From Schmidtea polychroa (taxonomy: Eukaryota): 64,000 bases of DNA. Positions within the stretch are counted from its first letter, which is position 1, and each line of letters begins with the position of its first letter. Made by a program: the position numbers and the translations under genes. The notes under the pieces are model-generated. The model saw only the letters and a program-made list of their open reading frames with translations. It did no database searches and was not told the origin of the DNA. Positions 27,170 to 40,729 of this stretch are shown piece after piece. The DNA is taken from NCBI GenBank assembly GCA_044892525.1, contig CM097888.1, positions 41,106,001 through 41,170,000 on the forward strand, in the 5' to 3' direction.

Positions 27170-27850
27170 TCAAATCTTTAAGCAAAAAACTATTTTCTTA
27201 TCGCAGATCTTCCTTATCAGATGATAACAATCATCATCGTCAAGGTTTCCTCTAATATCAGGTTCCTTTAACTTGTATTGGTGTCTTTGATAGTGTTTTT
27301 CTGGATCTCTAGGAGTCGCTACCGCACTCAATAAATTATTTCCCTTCATATCCATAATAGCAATCTGGATGAGAGTCGATATGGGATTTTGTAAAGCCTG
27401 CCGATATGAAAATTGTAGCCTCATCCTCCTCGGCTTTAGTCAACTTTTTCCTCACAAACGATTTGCACTATTGTAGATCAGCTTCATTTATATTGTAAAT
27501 CTATGATGGTTCATTTTTGCAAACCACCGGATATAACTTCTCAAAATCCAAGATTTCTATTGCGATTATGGTATTGACTGCTGCTGCCTGGATCATAATA
27601 TTTCGTTCTCGTCCATCAGCATGACATATCTCTAAAGTACACTGTTTTTCCAGTTCAACTGGTAACTCCAATCCCGCCATAAACACAGTGAACGGCCTAT
27701 TGATCGCATGGATCCAAATGTTTTCCAATTTCGGGACAAGAGCCATATTCTCTGCATATTTCCGCCAGTTTCAATCTCCATTGGTTGTTCACAACCGTCA
27801 CCATCATTTGCCTTCGAGGCCCTATGAGAATTTAAAATCATTTGGGATAT
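27170..27850 (-). pseudogene. Degenerate homologue of the LTR element's ORF3 (DEDDh-like exonuclease)
   Basis: NTIIAIEIL vs PCVMAIEIL; KKLTKAEEDEATIFISA vs QQLSIPERQRAIMFVDV; IQIAIMDMKGNNLLSAVATPRDPEKHY...IRGNLDD vs VEICIRNFRGEIVYNKKVTPRTKIQHY...IRGNEDE. Confidence 0.75.
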
Positions 27851-30771
27851 CCACTCTCCTAGGATAATACCAATAGTCTCGTTCAAATAATATAAAATAA
27901 GTTTTGTTTTTTGTTTCCAGATATAACTGATACTTGGATGGAGTACTTACTCGATAATTAAAAAATGAAATTCTAGTTTTATGGAGGGTGGCCTTTGAGT
28001 CGTAGGACGACGACTGACATGAATTAACAATGTCCAATAAGTTTTTCTTAAAAATAAAAAATATAAATAAATGAAAAATAATATATATATATATAAATAG
28101 AGCCAAGCAACAAAATTTCTGTTTATACTACTCTGCACAAATCTTCAGTTAGGTTTTTAATTATTGAATAATAATATACATCTAGTTGCTGACTCCTTGT
28201 ATTGTGAATGTCCTATAATTGTAGTGGATTGAAAAAAGATAAACTATTATCAATCTACTAAGTTTATTAACAATCAGTAAAATTGATCTTCTCTTTTTCT
28301 GAGTTCATTTAAAATATTGAAGCATCCATCTTCTTCGCCTTTTGAAAAGATGCTGAATCTCGTTTTCCGTTATTAAAACAAAAATTAAAGCGGAGGCACT
28401 ACAATAATCAATTAATTATTACAGACTATGAACAAATTGTACATCTCAATTAACGGTAGAGAATAAACACTTTAATTGATTTGACGTACTTCGAAGCATG
28501 TTAAATAACAATAATCACCTTATATATTTAATTTTAAATAAGACATAATTATTTTTAAAATATCGACGATTTTCAATAGAAATAATTATACTTCTAATTT
28601 TGTAATTGCTTATAAACCTGTATGAAATTCAATACAAATTATTAATTAAAGAATCAAAATACACGTGGTTAATGTATTTTGAATGCTGATTTTTGAATTG
28701 GGTGATTTTATCAAGGCCTCGTAAACCAAAAGGTGTCACAGATTTATTACTAAATATATTAAGAATTTTACGATACTTTGATATAATTTTGACATTGACT
28801 CTTCCAATTGTTGGAATTAATCGTGGGCCTATCGTTCCGTATTCGGTGGAATCGGGAGAGTAGGTAGATTTTGGTTGATTCGACTTTTTGGTTGATCACA
28901 TGCGTGAGATAATCATCCAACTATACTATAAGGGACACCGCATTAGGAAAATCTAGGCGGGATATGTCCCGGACTCAGTGTGCTGCAGGGGCACTCTGGA
29001 AAACAAAATTCTTCAATTTTCAGAAATGAGAGTCGCAATCATATCGTAAAGTGCATTATTGATCATGTCTGAGAAGAATCTGATACTATTATGCTTTTAA
29101 ATCACCCCTTAGTGAATACGAAAGGATTGAGCTTAAAACCATACTACGATTTTATATATACAATTACTAATTAGTGCCTTCCTCATCTGATCGTTCTATA
29201 AACGTCTATATTAGGGGATTAAAAGGATTCAATTATCAAACCTGCCCCATCTAATGGACGTTGTATAAATATATGCCGGGGTGGCTGTATTGTTTAGTTA
29301 ATAATTATTAAACCAGACCATCTAAAATTATGTTATCGGAATTTATATCTTAACGGCTATATTATATTGATTAATTATAAATGGATAAATGTGCTAAATA
29401 AAAGTTTTAATAACAGCGTACGGCGAGAGTTCTTCTTTAATGATTAATTAACAGCGATAGTCTCAGTAAAAGTATTCGACGGGCGTATTCGGATCTCAAA
29501 TGAACCCGGATCTATTTATAAAAATATGATCATGAACCCCTAAAAGTAGAAATTAACACTTGAATTTAATTAAAACATGAATTTTACTTATATATGTAAA
29601 TTTCGAAATTTATAAGTTACTGTTGGTTATAAGTGTATTGATTATGAAATTTAATTTTACCTAAATTATAAATTACGACTATAAATCGATTTATAAAAGC
29701 ATAAATTGTAATTATACCTCAAAAAATCTACAATTTGATATATAAATTATAAAATTATACTAATTGGATTTCATAAAAATGTAAATTAAAAACTTATAAT
29801 AAAAGTATAACTTGTAACCATACCTATATAAAAACCTACAATTTGATATATAAATTATAAAATTATATTAATTCTATCTAGAAACCATAATTGGATTTTA
29901 TAAAAATGTAGATTAAAAACTTATATCAGTTGCAGTAGTGTAGATTATAATCACTCAAAGTAAAGACCTAAACTTATCTGAATCAGGCTACATAATAGAA
30001 GAAAATAGTAAATTTGGATAAATGACCCCCTCATAAAATCGCAAACCCTCTAGAATTATTATTAAATGTATTACTTATTCACGTCTATTAATAAATATAG
30101 TAATTATATATGCCTTACTTATAAAATTCATAGATGATCTACGACTACTACTAAATATATTACTATATATATTTTTACTTATAAAAATTGCAAATCAGTA
30201 TATTCATTATATATACTTTGCTTGTAAAACTTATAAATCCTCTACGACTATTAATAAATATATTACTATACATATTACTTATAAAATTCATAAATTCTTT
30301 ATAACTATTAATAAATCTATTAATTATATATACATTGCCTATAGAGTCTATTAATCAAACCATGATCATGTTATTTATATACATATTACTTACAAATTTA
30401 TAAACCATAATTTTACCAATTCACCCTTTAGTATCTTATCTACATCCATTCATATTACCTATATATACTACTCATTAATCTGTATTTCTGATAAAAAATT
30501 ATAATTTGTCATTTTTTAAATTACCCTCATCACCATCAATATATAGCCATTCATAATAATATTAGTGTATATATCATTCATAAAATTTATTTTACAAATT
30601 CACCCTATAATACTCTATTTATAAATATTCGTATTGATATTACTGGGATATACTGTTTGTAACTATATGTTTCTGAGAAATTATAAATCCCAATCACACA
30701 CCCCTATTTTTTATAACAACTTATACACCTACACTTACATTTATACTAATATATATATATATATATATATA

Positions 30772-33650
30772 TAGTGGTGATATTCAGCCGGTACGGGGCG
30801 GTACGCTCGTACCGGTTGTTAACATTTTTAAAATTTTCCGTACCGATTGTTGTATATTAAAAAAAAGTATGTTTTAAGTAAAAGTATTTAAAAGTAAAAG
30901 TATTGATAAAAACATTCTAAATTACTAAAAAATATAAATATTTACCTGCCATTATCGATCAAATACAAAAAATCTTACAATAAAATAAAAATTTGGGATT
31001 TAAAATTTTTTTCGGTTTTAGTAAAAAAAATCTACTTAAAACTGTCTAATTTGAATTTTAGTACTTTTAATTTCCACTACAATCCAAGAGATGGCATTGA
31101 ATTATAGAACAAAATTTATGGAATTGAAAAATTCCTACTGAGCATGTGTAAAGTTGCATTTTAATAGGTGGTTTCACCGCGTAACCACTAAGCTTGAAAG
31201 GGTTAACGGAAAATTCTGTAAAAAAAATATTTTTCTTTTAATAAAAAGGGAATTTCCTTTTTTGAATACATTTTTATTTTGATATTACTCTAAATAAAAA
31301 GTTTAGTAGTATAAATATTTTTATGGTGAATGGTTATCCCTTACTTTTAATCTCTATTAAATTCAGTTTTAACGTGCAAGTATGAAGATTTTAAATTGAT
31401 TTAAATTTCTAATTAATTATTAATTAATTATTAAATATTTTCTTTGTTTCAACCTAAGAATGAAAAGGCAAGGTAATTTGGATGACTTTTTTAGCAAATC
31501 TATAAAAATAACCAAAAACCCTGAACAGCAAGCTGAGAATATTACTAATTCTAATCAAACAAAACAGGTAAAAGAAAAAAATGATACTTCTGAAGTTCAA
31601 CACCAATCGGAAAAAGCTGGAACGTCTCGTGATGCTGCGTTATTACATTTTTGGAATGATAAACAACTAAATTATTTTAAAACTAAATACGAGTGGCTTA
31701 TTGTTGTTAGCGATGAAAATGTGGGATGTCAGTGGTGTTCGAAAGTAGAATCGTTAAATTTAGAAACTGCTACACATTTACACATTTCTGTGGAGTGGAA
31801 ATCATGTTCTGTCAAAGCTCATGGCTCGAACAAAGAAAATTTACAATCATCAATGAGAAAAAAATTGAAGGAACACAATGAATCAGCTTCACATAAAAAA
31901 GCTGGGGAAATAATAAAAATTGGTGAAACAAATATAATTTCCAAATCTTTCGATGTGGCTAATGAAAAGTATTTAAACAGCACAGTAAAAATTTTTAATA
32001 CTATCTATTTTATAATTAAAAACAATTACCCATTCAGTGATTTTAAAAAATTAATTGATTTACAGAAAAAAAATAATGTAGATTTTGGATTTTCATTACA
32101 TTCCAGATTTATAGTTTCACTTGTCGCAAAGCTTATATCTACAGAAATAAGAAGAATTATTTTTGGAAAACTGATAAATACAGGTTGTAAAATTTCAATT
32201 ATTATTGATGAAGCCTCAACTGTTTCACACAAAAGCGTTTTAGTAGTTTATTTGAAATCTGAAATTCAAGATTCCGATGATAGTGTAACAGATTTTATTG
32301 ATCTTGTCGAATTAGAAGGAACAACATCAGAAATAATTTTTAAAACCTTAATATCAGTTCTTGAAAAACATGGTTTTAATGAAAAATATTTACATGAAAA
32401 TCTTATTGGATTTTGCTCAGACGGTGCTAGTGTAATGTTAGGAAAAAAGGCTGGAGTTTCTGCAAGAATTTTATAACATTTTCCAGGTATTAGCATCTGT
32501 CACTGTTTAGCTCATCGTATTCAGTTAACTCTAGATGATGTTATCAAAGAAGTAAATGAAGTAAATAACTTTAGATATTTTCTCGATAAACTTTATTCGT
32601 ATTATCATACTTCAAATAAACATCAACGAGAATTAAATAATGTTTCTAAAGAACTTGGCACTGAAGTACACAAAATAGGTAGAATATTTGGTCCTCGATG
32701 GGCAGCCTGTAGCGCTAGGACCGCCAAAGCAGTTTGGAAATCATATCAGGCCTTATATATTCACTTTAGTCAAAATAAAGAAATTGGAATAATGTCATAT
32801 TTCAAAAATGAAAACTTTTTAAAAGATTTAGGTTTAATAAACGACATATTAGAAGAAATTTCTGTACTGTCTACAGCTTTACAAGAAAGAGATATTTCAT
32901 TAATTAGAGCTGATAGATTGATAAGGCGAACGATAAATCTATTCCAACATTTAAAATTAAATAAAGGAACATATGAAAAAGAAGCAGATGATATTATTAA
33001 AACGAAAAAATACAATATTCCATTTGAAATTAATAGAAAAAAAACATCAATTGTTGTTTCGAGAGATAAATTTTTTGATTGTTTAGAAAAACATATGAAA
33101 ATGCGTTTGCTATTAGACGATAAAAATGAAAACTATAATAATCTCTTAAATTGCTTTAATTTATTAAATCCAGAAACATGGCCGGGTGATATTTTTGATG
33201 CACCATGGATTGAAGGTGAAAATAGGTTAGAGCAGTTAAATAAAATAATCAAATACATCATCCCAGTAAATGATTTTCGAGATTTTGTTGATGTGCGAGA
33301 TAGAGAATCTAAAAATATTAATACTATTTTGAGAGCAAAAAGAATTTTAAATGTAATTGCTGTTAATTCCGCAGAAGCTGAAAGAGGACTCAGCACAATG
33401 AACAATATCATTTATGATAAGAGAAATTCGTTGTTAATTGAAACAACAAGTCATTTAATGACAATAAATTTAATGGGAAAATCGATTGAGGATTTTGATG
33501 CAACACCATATGTTAAATTATGGTTGCGAGAAGGGCATCATATGGCAAGTGACAAACGTGTCAAAGCAGCCGCACCTAATTTGCCGTCCCAAAACCAAAA
33601 TTTAATTTGGAAATTATTTAATTAATTTTATATAATTAATTAATTTTATA
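30772..33650 (+). mobile_element. hAT transposon with ZNF862/KIAA1586-like transposase; 3' TIR not found
   Basis: 5' end TAGTGGTGATATTCAGCCGGTAC with repeated GGTAC subterminal motifs, followed by the transposase ORF. Confidence 0.75.
31460..33625 (+). pseudogene. hAT transposase, ~721 aa, interrupted by a single in-frame TAA (32474-32476)
   Basis: The two track ORFs share a frame. The 105 intervening codons are open (HFPGISICHCLAHRIQL...GPRWAACS). Motifs IIIDEAST, GFCSDGASVMLG, CxxH and AVNSAEAERGLS. Confidence 0.85.
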
Positions 33651-36064
33651 TATATAATTTTATACAATTAATTTTATATAAGAAAAATCATTAAAATCTA
33701 ACATAGTATAATAAAAAACACATAAATAATAATAAATAATGATATTACAAATGAGTCGTGTCCTGATTGGACGAAGAATAATATATAAAGAACGAGAAAA
33801 TCTGTAGAGTACCACTTTTAATCGCTACTCTACACGTAAAATTTTTTATTGTCATTACCACTTTTAATTGCTACTCTACAGTTTCACTACTATTCTACAG
33901 CAGGTCACTTAACTCGAACTTTACAGAGCACCGAATACAACAGGAATCAATTTTCACAGGATTTACATTTAGTAACGGACTATTTCCAACAGAGATTAGA
34001 ATTACATAAGAAGAAGGCATACTCTAACAGGAAAACTTGAACCCGATTTTCAACACTCACGAGAACGAATTTATAGTAAGATGAATGAATTTTATGATTG
34101 TTATATATGAGTGTAAATGGTTTAAATATTTTATTTTAATAAACATTTTCGAATTACCAAAGGTATTCTCTCTCTATGGTGCTGGCGACGATGTCGTCTG
34201 GGAATCCAATATGATGCGGGAAATTCAATAAATCTTTAGAAGAAGCTACGAGAATGGCTATCAGGGGTGATATTGAGAATCTGAACAAAACCAGTATTAC
34301 GGTGAATGTAAATGATTAAACGATTGTGATTATCGGGGAACGGCATCATATTGGAGACTCAGACGGCGTGGTCGCCAGATAAGTAATTTTTCATATATTA
34401 GATAATTTTATGAAGAACTAAGCTATTTATTTAATCATACCATTTGATTTTTACAATAATTTTTATGGAAAATTGATGATCGAAGGTTGAGGAAATCGAA
34501 TCGTCCTTCCTGGCGGTCTAAGGACGGTGGCAGCGATGATTGCCGTTCTTAGGTGGGTCAGGAGGGGTGAGGACATCTGGTATACGGCAGCCATTTCATA
34601 CGGAGAGAATTGCCCACCGAGTGATGATCGGTTGTTTTCACGAAATCTTTCTCATAAACAGATACGAACCCAGGTGGGATATAGAGAATCCTTCAGCTGA
34701 GAATTCCAGAAAATCTTCGAAGTAGGAATTTCCAACGCAATAGCAAATCATTTTTTCGTTAACTCGTCACTACTATTGGCAATGAGCGATGAGACAAATA
34801 ATCGAATATTTAAATAATAGAAAGCTACATTCAAAAACTTTATCCATGAGGTTCATTTGAGATTTCTGGAAATCGAACGCTTTTAGGATGCACATCGCTA
34901 AGACGTTAGCGGATGGATCTCTCATCTCGACTTTACCCTAAGTGGAGTAGACAATCAGTAGACAACAGAGAGTTGGCAATCCATCTTGTCAGGCCTCTAT
35001 CGTCGATAACCGTCGAATCTAGAAGACACATGAAAACTTCCTTATAACCAACGTAAACACTCACTTTAGCCTGACGCAAACTCGAGGACGGCCAGTGATA
35101 AGAATTTATCTTGCGATTTGGCTCTTCTTTAAAGAGATGGTGACAGATTGATAAGGAAGTCTTCTGAAAACTCTCAGCTAATAGATTAGGAGGCAATTAC
35201 CACTTTATAAACCCATTCGTCAACGACTAGCTGGGGTAAATATGGCCTATCGAACGATGATAAGGGAGTTAGCGTCTAGCCGATCATTGTGGAGATAATT
35301 TCCAAAATTAGAATATTGATATCGCAATTCATATTATAGATTTTCCTTTGACCAAACTCCATTAGTAATATTAGGCACGATGACTGATAAGTCTGACGAT
35401 ACACACCTACGAGCTTGTCAGTGCCAGAGCAGAGTATAATCCATGACGTCATCTCTACACCCACGCAGATTATATGTGGCAGATTGGACAATAGCATCGC
35501 GGCGAATCCGATATAGGCATTATTAAAACGGTTTATAGCAAGGCGTGAATTATAATCACTCCTTACATAATTAGACTAAATCCCCGCATGCACACACAGG
35601 AGAGTTATGCACGTTAGCATGAAGATAGAGTCAGGGATTTCCATGACTACTTTCATACTCCGATTTAAATTGAATATTTAATAATTTTATAATGAAAATT
35701 AAGGGATATTAGAGTGTTCTAAAAGCCTTTTATTTAGAAGGTAAAATGCGTTAAGGAAGACCCATCATTTCCTATGACATGGATAGCCTACAATTTTGTT
35801 TTGTCCATAAAATTCACTACACTTAGTATAAATAAAAATAAAATGAATAATGCTAATGTTAGGTTTGAAATAAAATACGCGTCTCCCGAATTTTGAAGCA
35901 TTGATATAAAGCTGTTAAAAATAAAAAAAATTGATGTTGAATGTTGACCATGGATATAGTTATTGCTGAGTGGAATGATTGATGAGGTGACTGCACTCAT
36001 ATTTGAATTTGTAGACCTCGCGTAAATAACCTGATTAATCACTATATATCTTCTGGATTTCTAG

Positions 36065-36823
36065 ATGTCTTCAACATCCAATCCGACCAAGGAACTTCGC
36101 CCGTGTTTTTCTTGCGAAGACAAGAACGCGGATATTGCCCAATTACATCTATATATCGGGGCTCTAAAGAAGCATATTGACCTCTATGAGGGCATGTGGT
36201 TCTCCCCGCCACAAATGAAGGAGGAGCGAAAGAAAATCCTCCGGTTAGAGCATTGCAGGGGCAGCCTGCTGGAGGAGAGCCGTTGTCAAAGGCTGACAAT
36301 TAAAGCACAGTCCGAAGCCCTCCACAAGGTTTACACGGAGGCCGAACTGACCAAACGGGTTCGGGAATTTCCCGTCTTGGATAGCACTAATGTCTTCCCA
36401 CTGCACCACCAGGCGTCTCAAGCAACTGCATCGAACTGCCAAGGGCATGGCTCTTATCTGCCGCCCATTCCAGCCCCGGTATTATCTAGTTATCAGCCGT
36501 TGGCAGGTGGCTCGTCCGACCCTATTTTGGCCCCTGTGCTAGTGGCACCCTCCGACCTTTCTATCACGGATAATCAACTGCCTCCCCGCAAACGGACACG
36601 GCCAACTAGAGCCGCCAAGAACCAGAAACGCCGAGATGCGATGGCAGCACTGGAAGCTTCGTTATCAGTGGCCCAGTCCACACTCAAAGAAATGTCGAAT
36701 TCGCATGTGATTCCGGCCAAAGAAATATTTCGAGTAATACCGGTCGATGGCATTAAGTACCTCGCGGACCACCGCTTGCCAGTGGACATTGATGAAGTGT
36801 TCGCCGACGGAGAGATCTTTTGA
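36065..36823 (+). CDS. 'ORF-X', 252-aa intronless protein of unknown function (CxxC + coiled coil, Pro-rich middle, basic NLS-like PRKRTR...KRR)
   Basis: True ATG and a GC-rich open frame. Two decayed homologues lie elsewhere in the window (12.8-13.0 kb and 57.7-58.0 kb). Confidence 0.6.
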   Translation: MSSTSNPTKELRPCFSCEDKNADIAQLHLYIGALKKHIDLYEGMWFSPPQMKEERKKILRLEHCRGSLLEESRCQRLTIKAQSEALHKVYTEAELTKRVREFPVLDSTNVFPLHHQASQATASNCQGHGSYLPPIPAPVLSSYQPLAGGSSDPILAPVLVAPSDLSITDNQLPPRKRTRPTRAAKNQKRRDAMAALEASLSVAQSTLKEMSNSHVIPAKEIFRVIPVDGIKYLADHRLPVDIDEVFADGEIF

Positions 36824-37355
36824 TAACTCGAGGTGACGACAGTGCTGGTCTACTGTGTTGGATATATTTGCTGGCCGCCTCTCCAGAACATGACAAATTC
36901 TCACTTTATCTTTAGTGATTGTGCATTGGATTTTGGTGAAACCTGCTTTGTTGTTTTTTTGTAAATTAACGCATGTAGTATAATTAATATAATTGTTTGA
37001 TAATTAACGAGTTATTTTGCGAGAACGATGAGTGAAATACCCAAATTTGATTGATAGACTAAATACATGGCATTGAATGAAGGTCGTCCCCTTGGACCAG
37101 GGTCGACCCGAGAATGTATGAGATTGTGGGTAAGTCCTTCTAAGGCGCCTCGGAACCTGAACCGCGAGTGGGTTATCAGTAGTCCTAAGACAGGGGCTCA
37201 CCTGTTAACCAACTCCAACCCGTGTGGGCAGAACCAACGTGGAAACATCGCCACGGGCTCACATGAGGGAATAATAATGTCGTCATTTGATGTATGTTGA
37301 GGCCAGTCTGAGTCGAATGCATAGGATCGTATGCCTGACTAAGAAAAATTTCTTC

Positions 37356-37502
37356 NNNNNNNNNNNNNNNNNNNNNNNNNNNNNNNNNNNNNNNNNNNNN
37401 NNNNNNNNNNNNNNNNNNNNNNNNNNNNNNNNNNNNNNNNNNNNNNNNNNNNNNNNNNNNNNNNNNNNNNNNNNNNNNNNNNNNNNNNNNNNNNNNNNNN
37501 NN
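37356..37502. other. Assembly gap (N run)
   Basis: N run. Confidence 1.
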
Positions 37503-37936
37503 AAATTTCATTCTGATAAATTACCCCGCCCCCCTCCATATTTTCCCCATACCTATACTACTATTTGAATGTATTATGAAAAGAAAAAAAGTACAATAAA
37601 GGTTTCATAGATTTGATTTATTCATATCACATGGCGAAATAATTTGATTTTGGATTGAGAATGCGTGGTTTTCGTTCACTGCCTGCGGGGTGATCGTCTT
37701 CCCCTTGGAGTCGCTTGAGGGAACTACAATGTGAATTGTAAGCACAGGCACTAAAGAAAATGGGCATTACTTTTTTGCTATCCCTCAGAAGATCGAATAC
37801 TCTTTTGCCAGGTTTAGAGTTCCGATGTTAGCCACTCGTAGGTTGACAGCCGTTGGTGTTTTCCGGCTGTGGGTTTCTTGGGTTGCTGGTTCTACAATTT
37901 ATAAATTAACATTATTACTTAGTTAAAATCGATTGA

Positions 37937-38120
37937 ATTCTTATTTAATTTAATTAAAGCAGATTGTTAAATATAATTAGTTTATAAAACTTAAATTAAA
38001 AAAAAGAAATTTGAAATTGTTATATTTATTTGGATTCCTATTTAATTTAATTAAAGCAGATTGTTAAATATAATTAGCTTATAAAACTTAAATTGATAAA
38101 ATTTAAAATTGTTATATTTA
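37937..38120. repeat. Two imperfect ~97-bp AT-rich tandem copies
   Basis: TATTTAATTTAATTAAAGCAGATTGTTAAATATAATTAG(T/C)TTATAAAACTTAAATT occurs twice. Confidence 0.8.
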
Positions 38121-39087
38121 AATCCCCATTTGAAACATTATAACAAACTTAAATTAGAATATATACCTTAGAGGAGTTCCTTTCTTGAAGAATTATGAGA
38201 ATATGATGGTTAAATGTACATTCATTTAAATTTTTTTTTAATCCGACAAGGGTACGGAAACGCATTAGGAGAAACTGGGAAATAATCATATTTATCTGAC
38301 AAGAAAAAAAGAAAATATTTATTTAGAATGTCGAGCTCCAGAGAGCCAAGCGAAGAAGACCAACGCGAGGTGACGAATGCGCGCCTTCTCTCCAGGCACA
38401 TTTGGCACCACATTCACCGGTGGAGCCAGAGACGAGACCTGGATTGTTCAAATCGGGTGATCCGGCAGGCCTTGAGGCGAATGCCCCGGTGTGACTGAAG
38501 ACCGAGCCAGATAAAAATTGGCTCGTCGAGGCCAGAGACCGCACCATGGTGCCATTGCTAGGGCTCAGTATGAACTTCGCCTGATCGAGGCTCAGATCCG
38601 CGCCGTCGGAGCTGGTCGGCCAATAGAGGAAGTGGAAGTGGAGCCGACGCCAGTGAAGAAACGGGGCCGACCCCGCAAGAAGGCCCCCCGAAACTGAGAT
38701 CTCGACGATCTCAGGGAACGGTCTCACATTACATTTTGACTCTAGTGATTTTCCACGACCCTTTACTTAATAAACGTCTTGTTTTCTTTTGTGTCGTTAT
38801 GTTAATCTGGGTGTTATTATTTTAATAATCAACTCGACGGAAAAATTATACTCACCCGTAGGACTTTAGTGTTATACTCCCTCAAATGGGCGTAGTTCCT
38901 CGGACATGAGTACCCGAGTTTTGTTTCATAGGGGCCTGCAATTATAATGAGATAAAAATATGGTAAAGGTCGGTTGATTATATCTTTCAATTCAGTGTAT
39001 AAACTGTTCGAAGGCCTCCGGAAGGACAGGGAGTAGGCCGAGCGACTACAACTCAGCGTCAAATAGTTCAAGGAACGTTGTCGGAAT

Positions 39088-39327
39088 ATGGAGCAGACTT
39101 GGATTCGCCCTGAGGTGGCACACAAGTACTTAAAACAGATCGAGCAGCTGCAGCTCCAGAGCACTCAAGACAAAACCGAAATACGAGCCCTGAAACTACA
39201 GATGCGGGCCATGGAGACAAAATTAAACCAACGGACCATCGACGAGCATGTTACGGCAGCTATCCGGCCCATGACTATAGAACTGGCCGAAATGCACCCA
39301 AGCCAAAGGCCAAGCGAAAACGGTTAG
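39088..39327 (+). CDS. Short coiled-coil-like ORF, unassigned; probable TE accessory or relic
   Basis: True ATG, GC-rich island, heptad-like LKQIEQLQLQ...IRALKLQMRAMETKL. Confidence 0.3.
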   Translation: MEQTWIRPEVAHKYLKQIEQLQLQSTQDKTEIRALKLQMRAMETKLNQRTIDEHVTAAIRPMTIELAEMHPSQRPSENG

Positions 39328-40729
39328 GCCGAGATGGTCGTGAGCGACTCAAACGACTGAGGCTAGCAGAACAAAGACTAGAAGAAGAGGCAAGAAAGTC
39401 AGTACCACTTAACAGTTCATGTACAGGACCGGGGGATAGAAATAAAATTGTAGATAGTTGAAGTTGAATTCTTGTATGTTAATGATGAAGATGAGTGATG
39501 AGATGTGCATGGCGTTTTCGGGAAAACAATAGAAGTTGGGGACCAATGAAATCGGACACAAATCTTCTATCGATAGTCCGTGGACCCAAAGAGTACTCGA
39601 CAATTATAGTGCAAGTAGTGCGCTCACTTTTTGCGAGTACTCACCCAGTTGACACATTACCAACGGTGATCGCTCATCAAGTGTCAATTGGCAAAATCAG
39701 GGTTGTATTCTGGGTTACGCTGGAAACAGCACGAAAGGGTGAGATGTCTGACCACCTGTAACCCACCTGAATGATGGGAACATTCTAGTTAATTTACCTA
39801 CCCCAGAAAATAAAAATTACACAGAAGTTACATTAAAAAACTGGAATTTTTAATTAAAATTATTTAAAAATCAAAACTCAAAAATCTAGCTAAATTTATT
39901 AACTAAAATAACGAGTGCTTTCGCTGCATGGTGGTGATGAAGGTAAAAAAGGAAAATAAAATAGACAAATAAAAATACATAAAATCACTTTGGATGTCCC
40001 GAAAATGTAGCTGAGTTTGTTTACTTCACAAAAATTATTAACCGTATAACCAATTATTCCAGCCACTGTAAATTCTCGCCAATGGTGTAGGAAAATAAAT
40101 GAAAAAGAGGACCTCTCTGACTTTCCTCGTGTTCGAATTGTTACCCAAGATAGCTGGACACATACATGTAAATATCCAAAAATTTGAGATGAACTGAATT
40201 CACATTAGTCTCCTCGCAAATAAAGCAGACCGGTATACTTTGGATCTTTGTCGGCGGTGACATTTCAAAAATTTATCTCGATGGATTTCGTAATTGGCCT
40301 AGAGTTTAAAAAATCTGGTTACTTGTCCTCTTTGGGTGATGTCAAAGCCACTTACAACCACTACGGTCAGGGATTGCTAAGAACCGAATATAATCTCAGG
40401 CACATAACAATACACCTTCCCATAGTGGGTCCTAGCGGCATAATGTTGGTTGAATATTTAAATTCTACTTTGAAAATAATGTTGATAAAATTTTGAAAAT
40501 AATGTTCGCAAATTAAACCAACAAATTATGCCTTTGACTAATTTAAACAATAGCTATTGGGTGATTTTAAACCTAATTATAAAATTTTAATTTATGCATT
40601 TTTAATATCTCGAATTAAACTTAAATTTAATAATCTTTAATTTAAATACACAAACTTAATGTAAAGTCGAAATTCTTAATTTATCAATCCTTAATTCATC
40701 AATCTCCAACCTAATCTCTTAAGTACTTT

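Noticed and set aside
29600-30750. Possible regulatory repeat array
   Set aside because: Only loosely repeated AT-rich units, with no consistent period I can define.
34933-35196. VIDDRG similarity to ORF4 VLDDRG
   Set aside because: The similarity is too local to call by eye; it needs a profile test.
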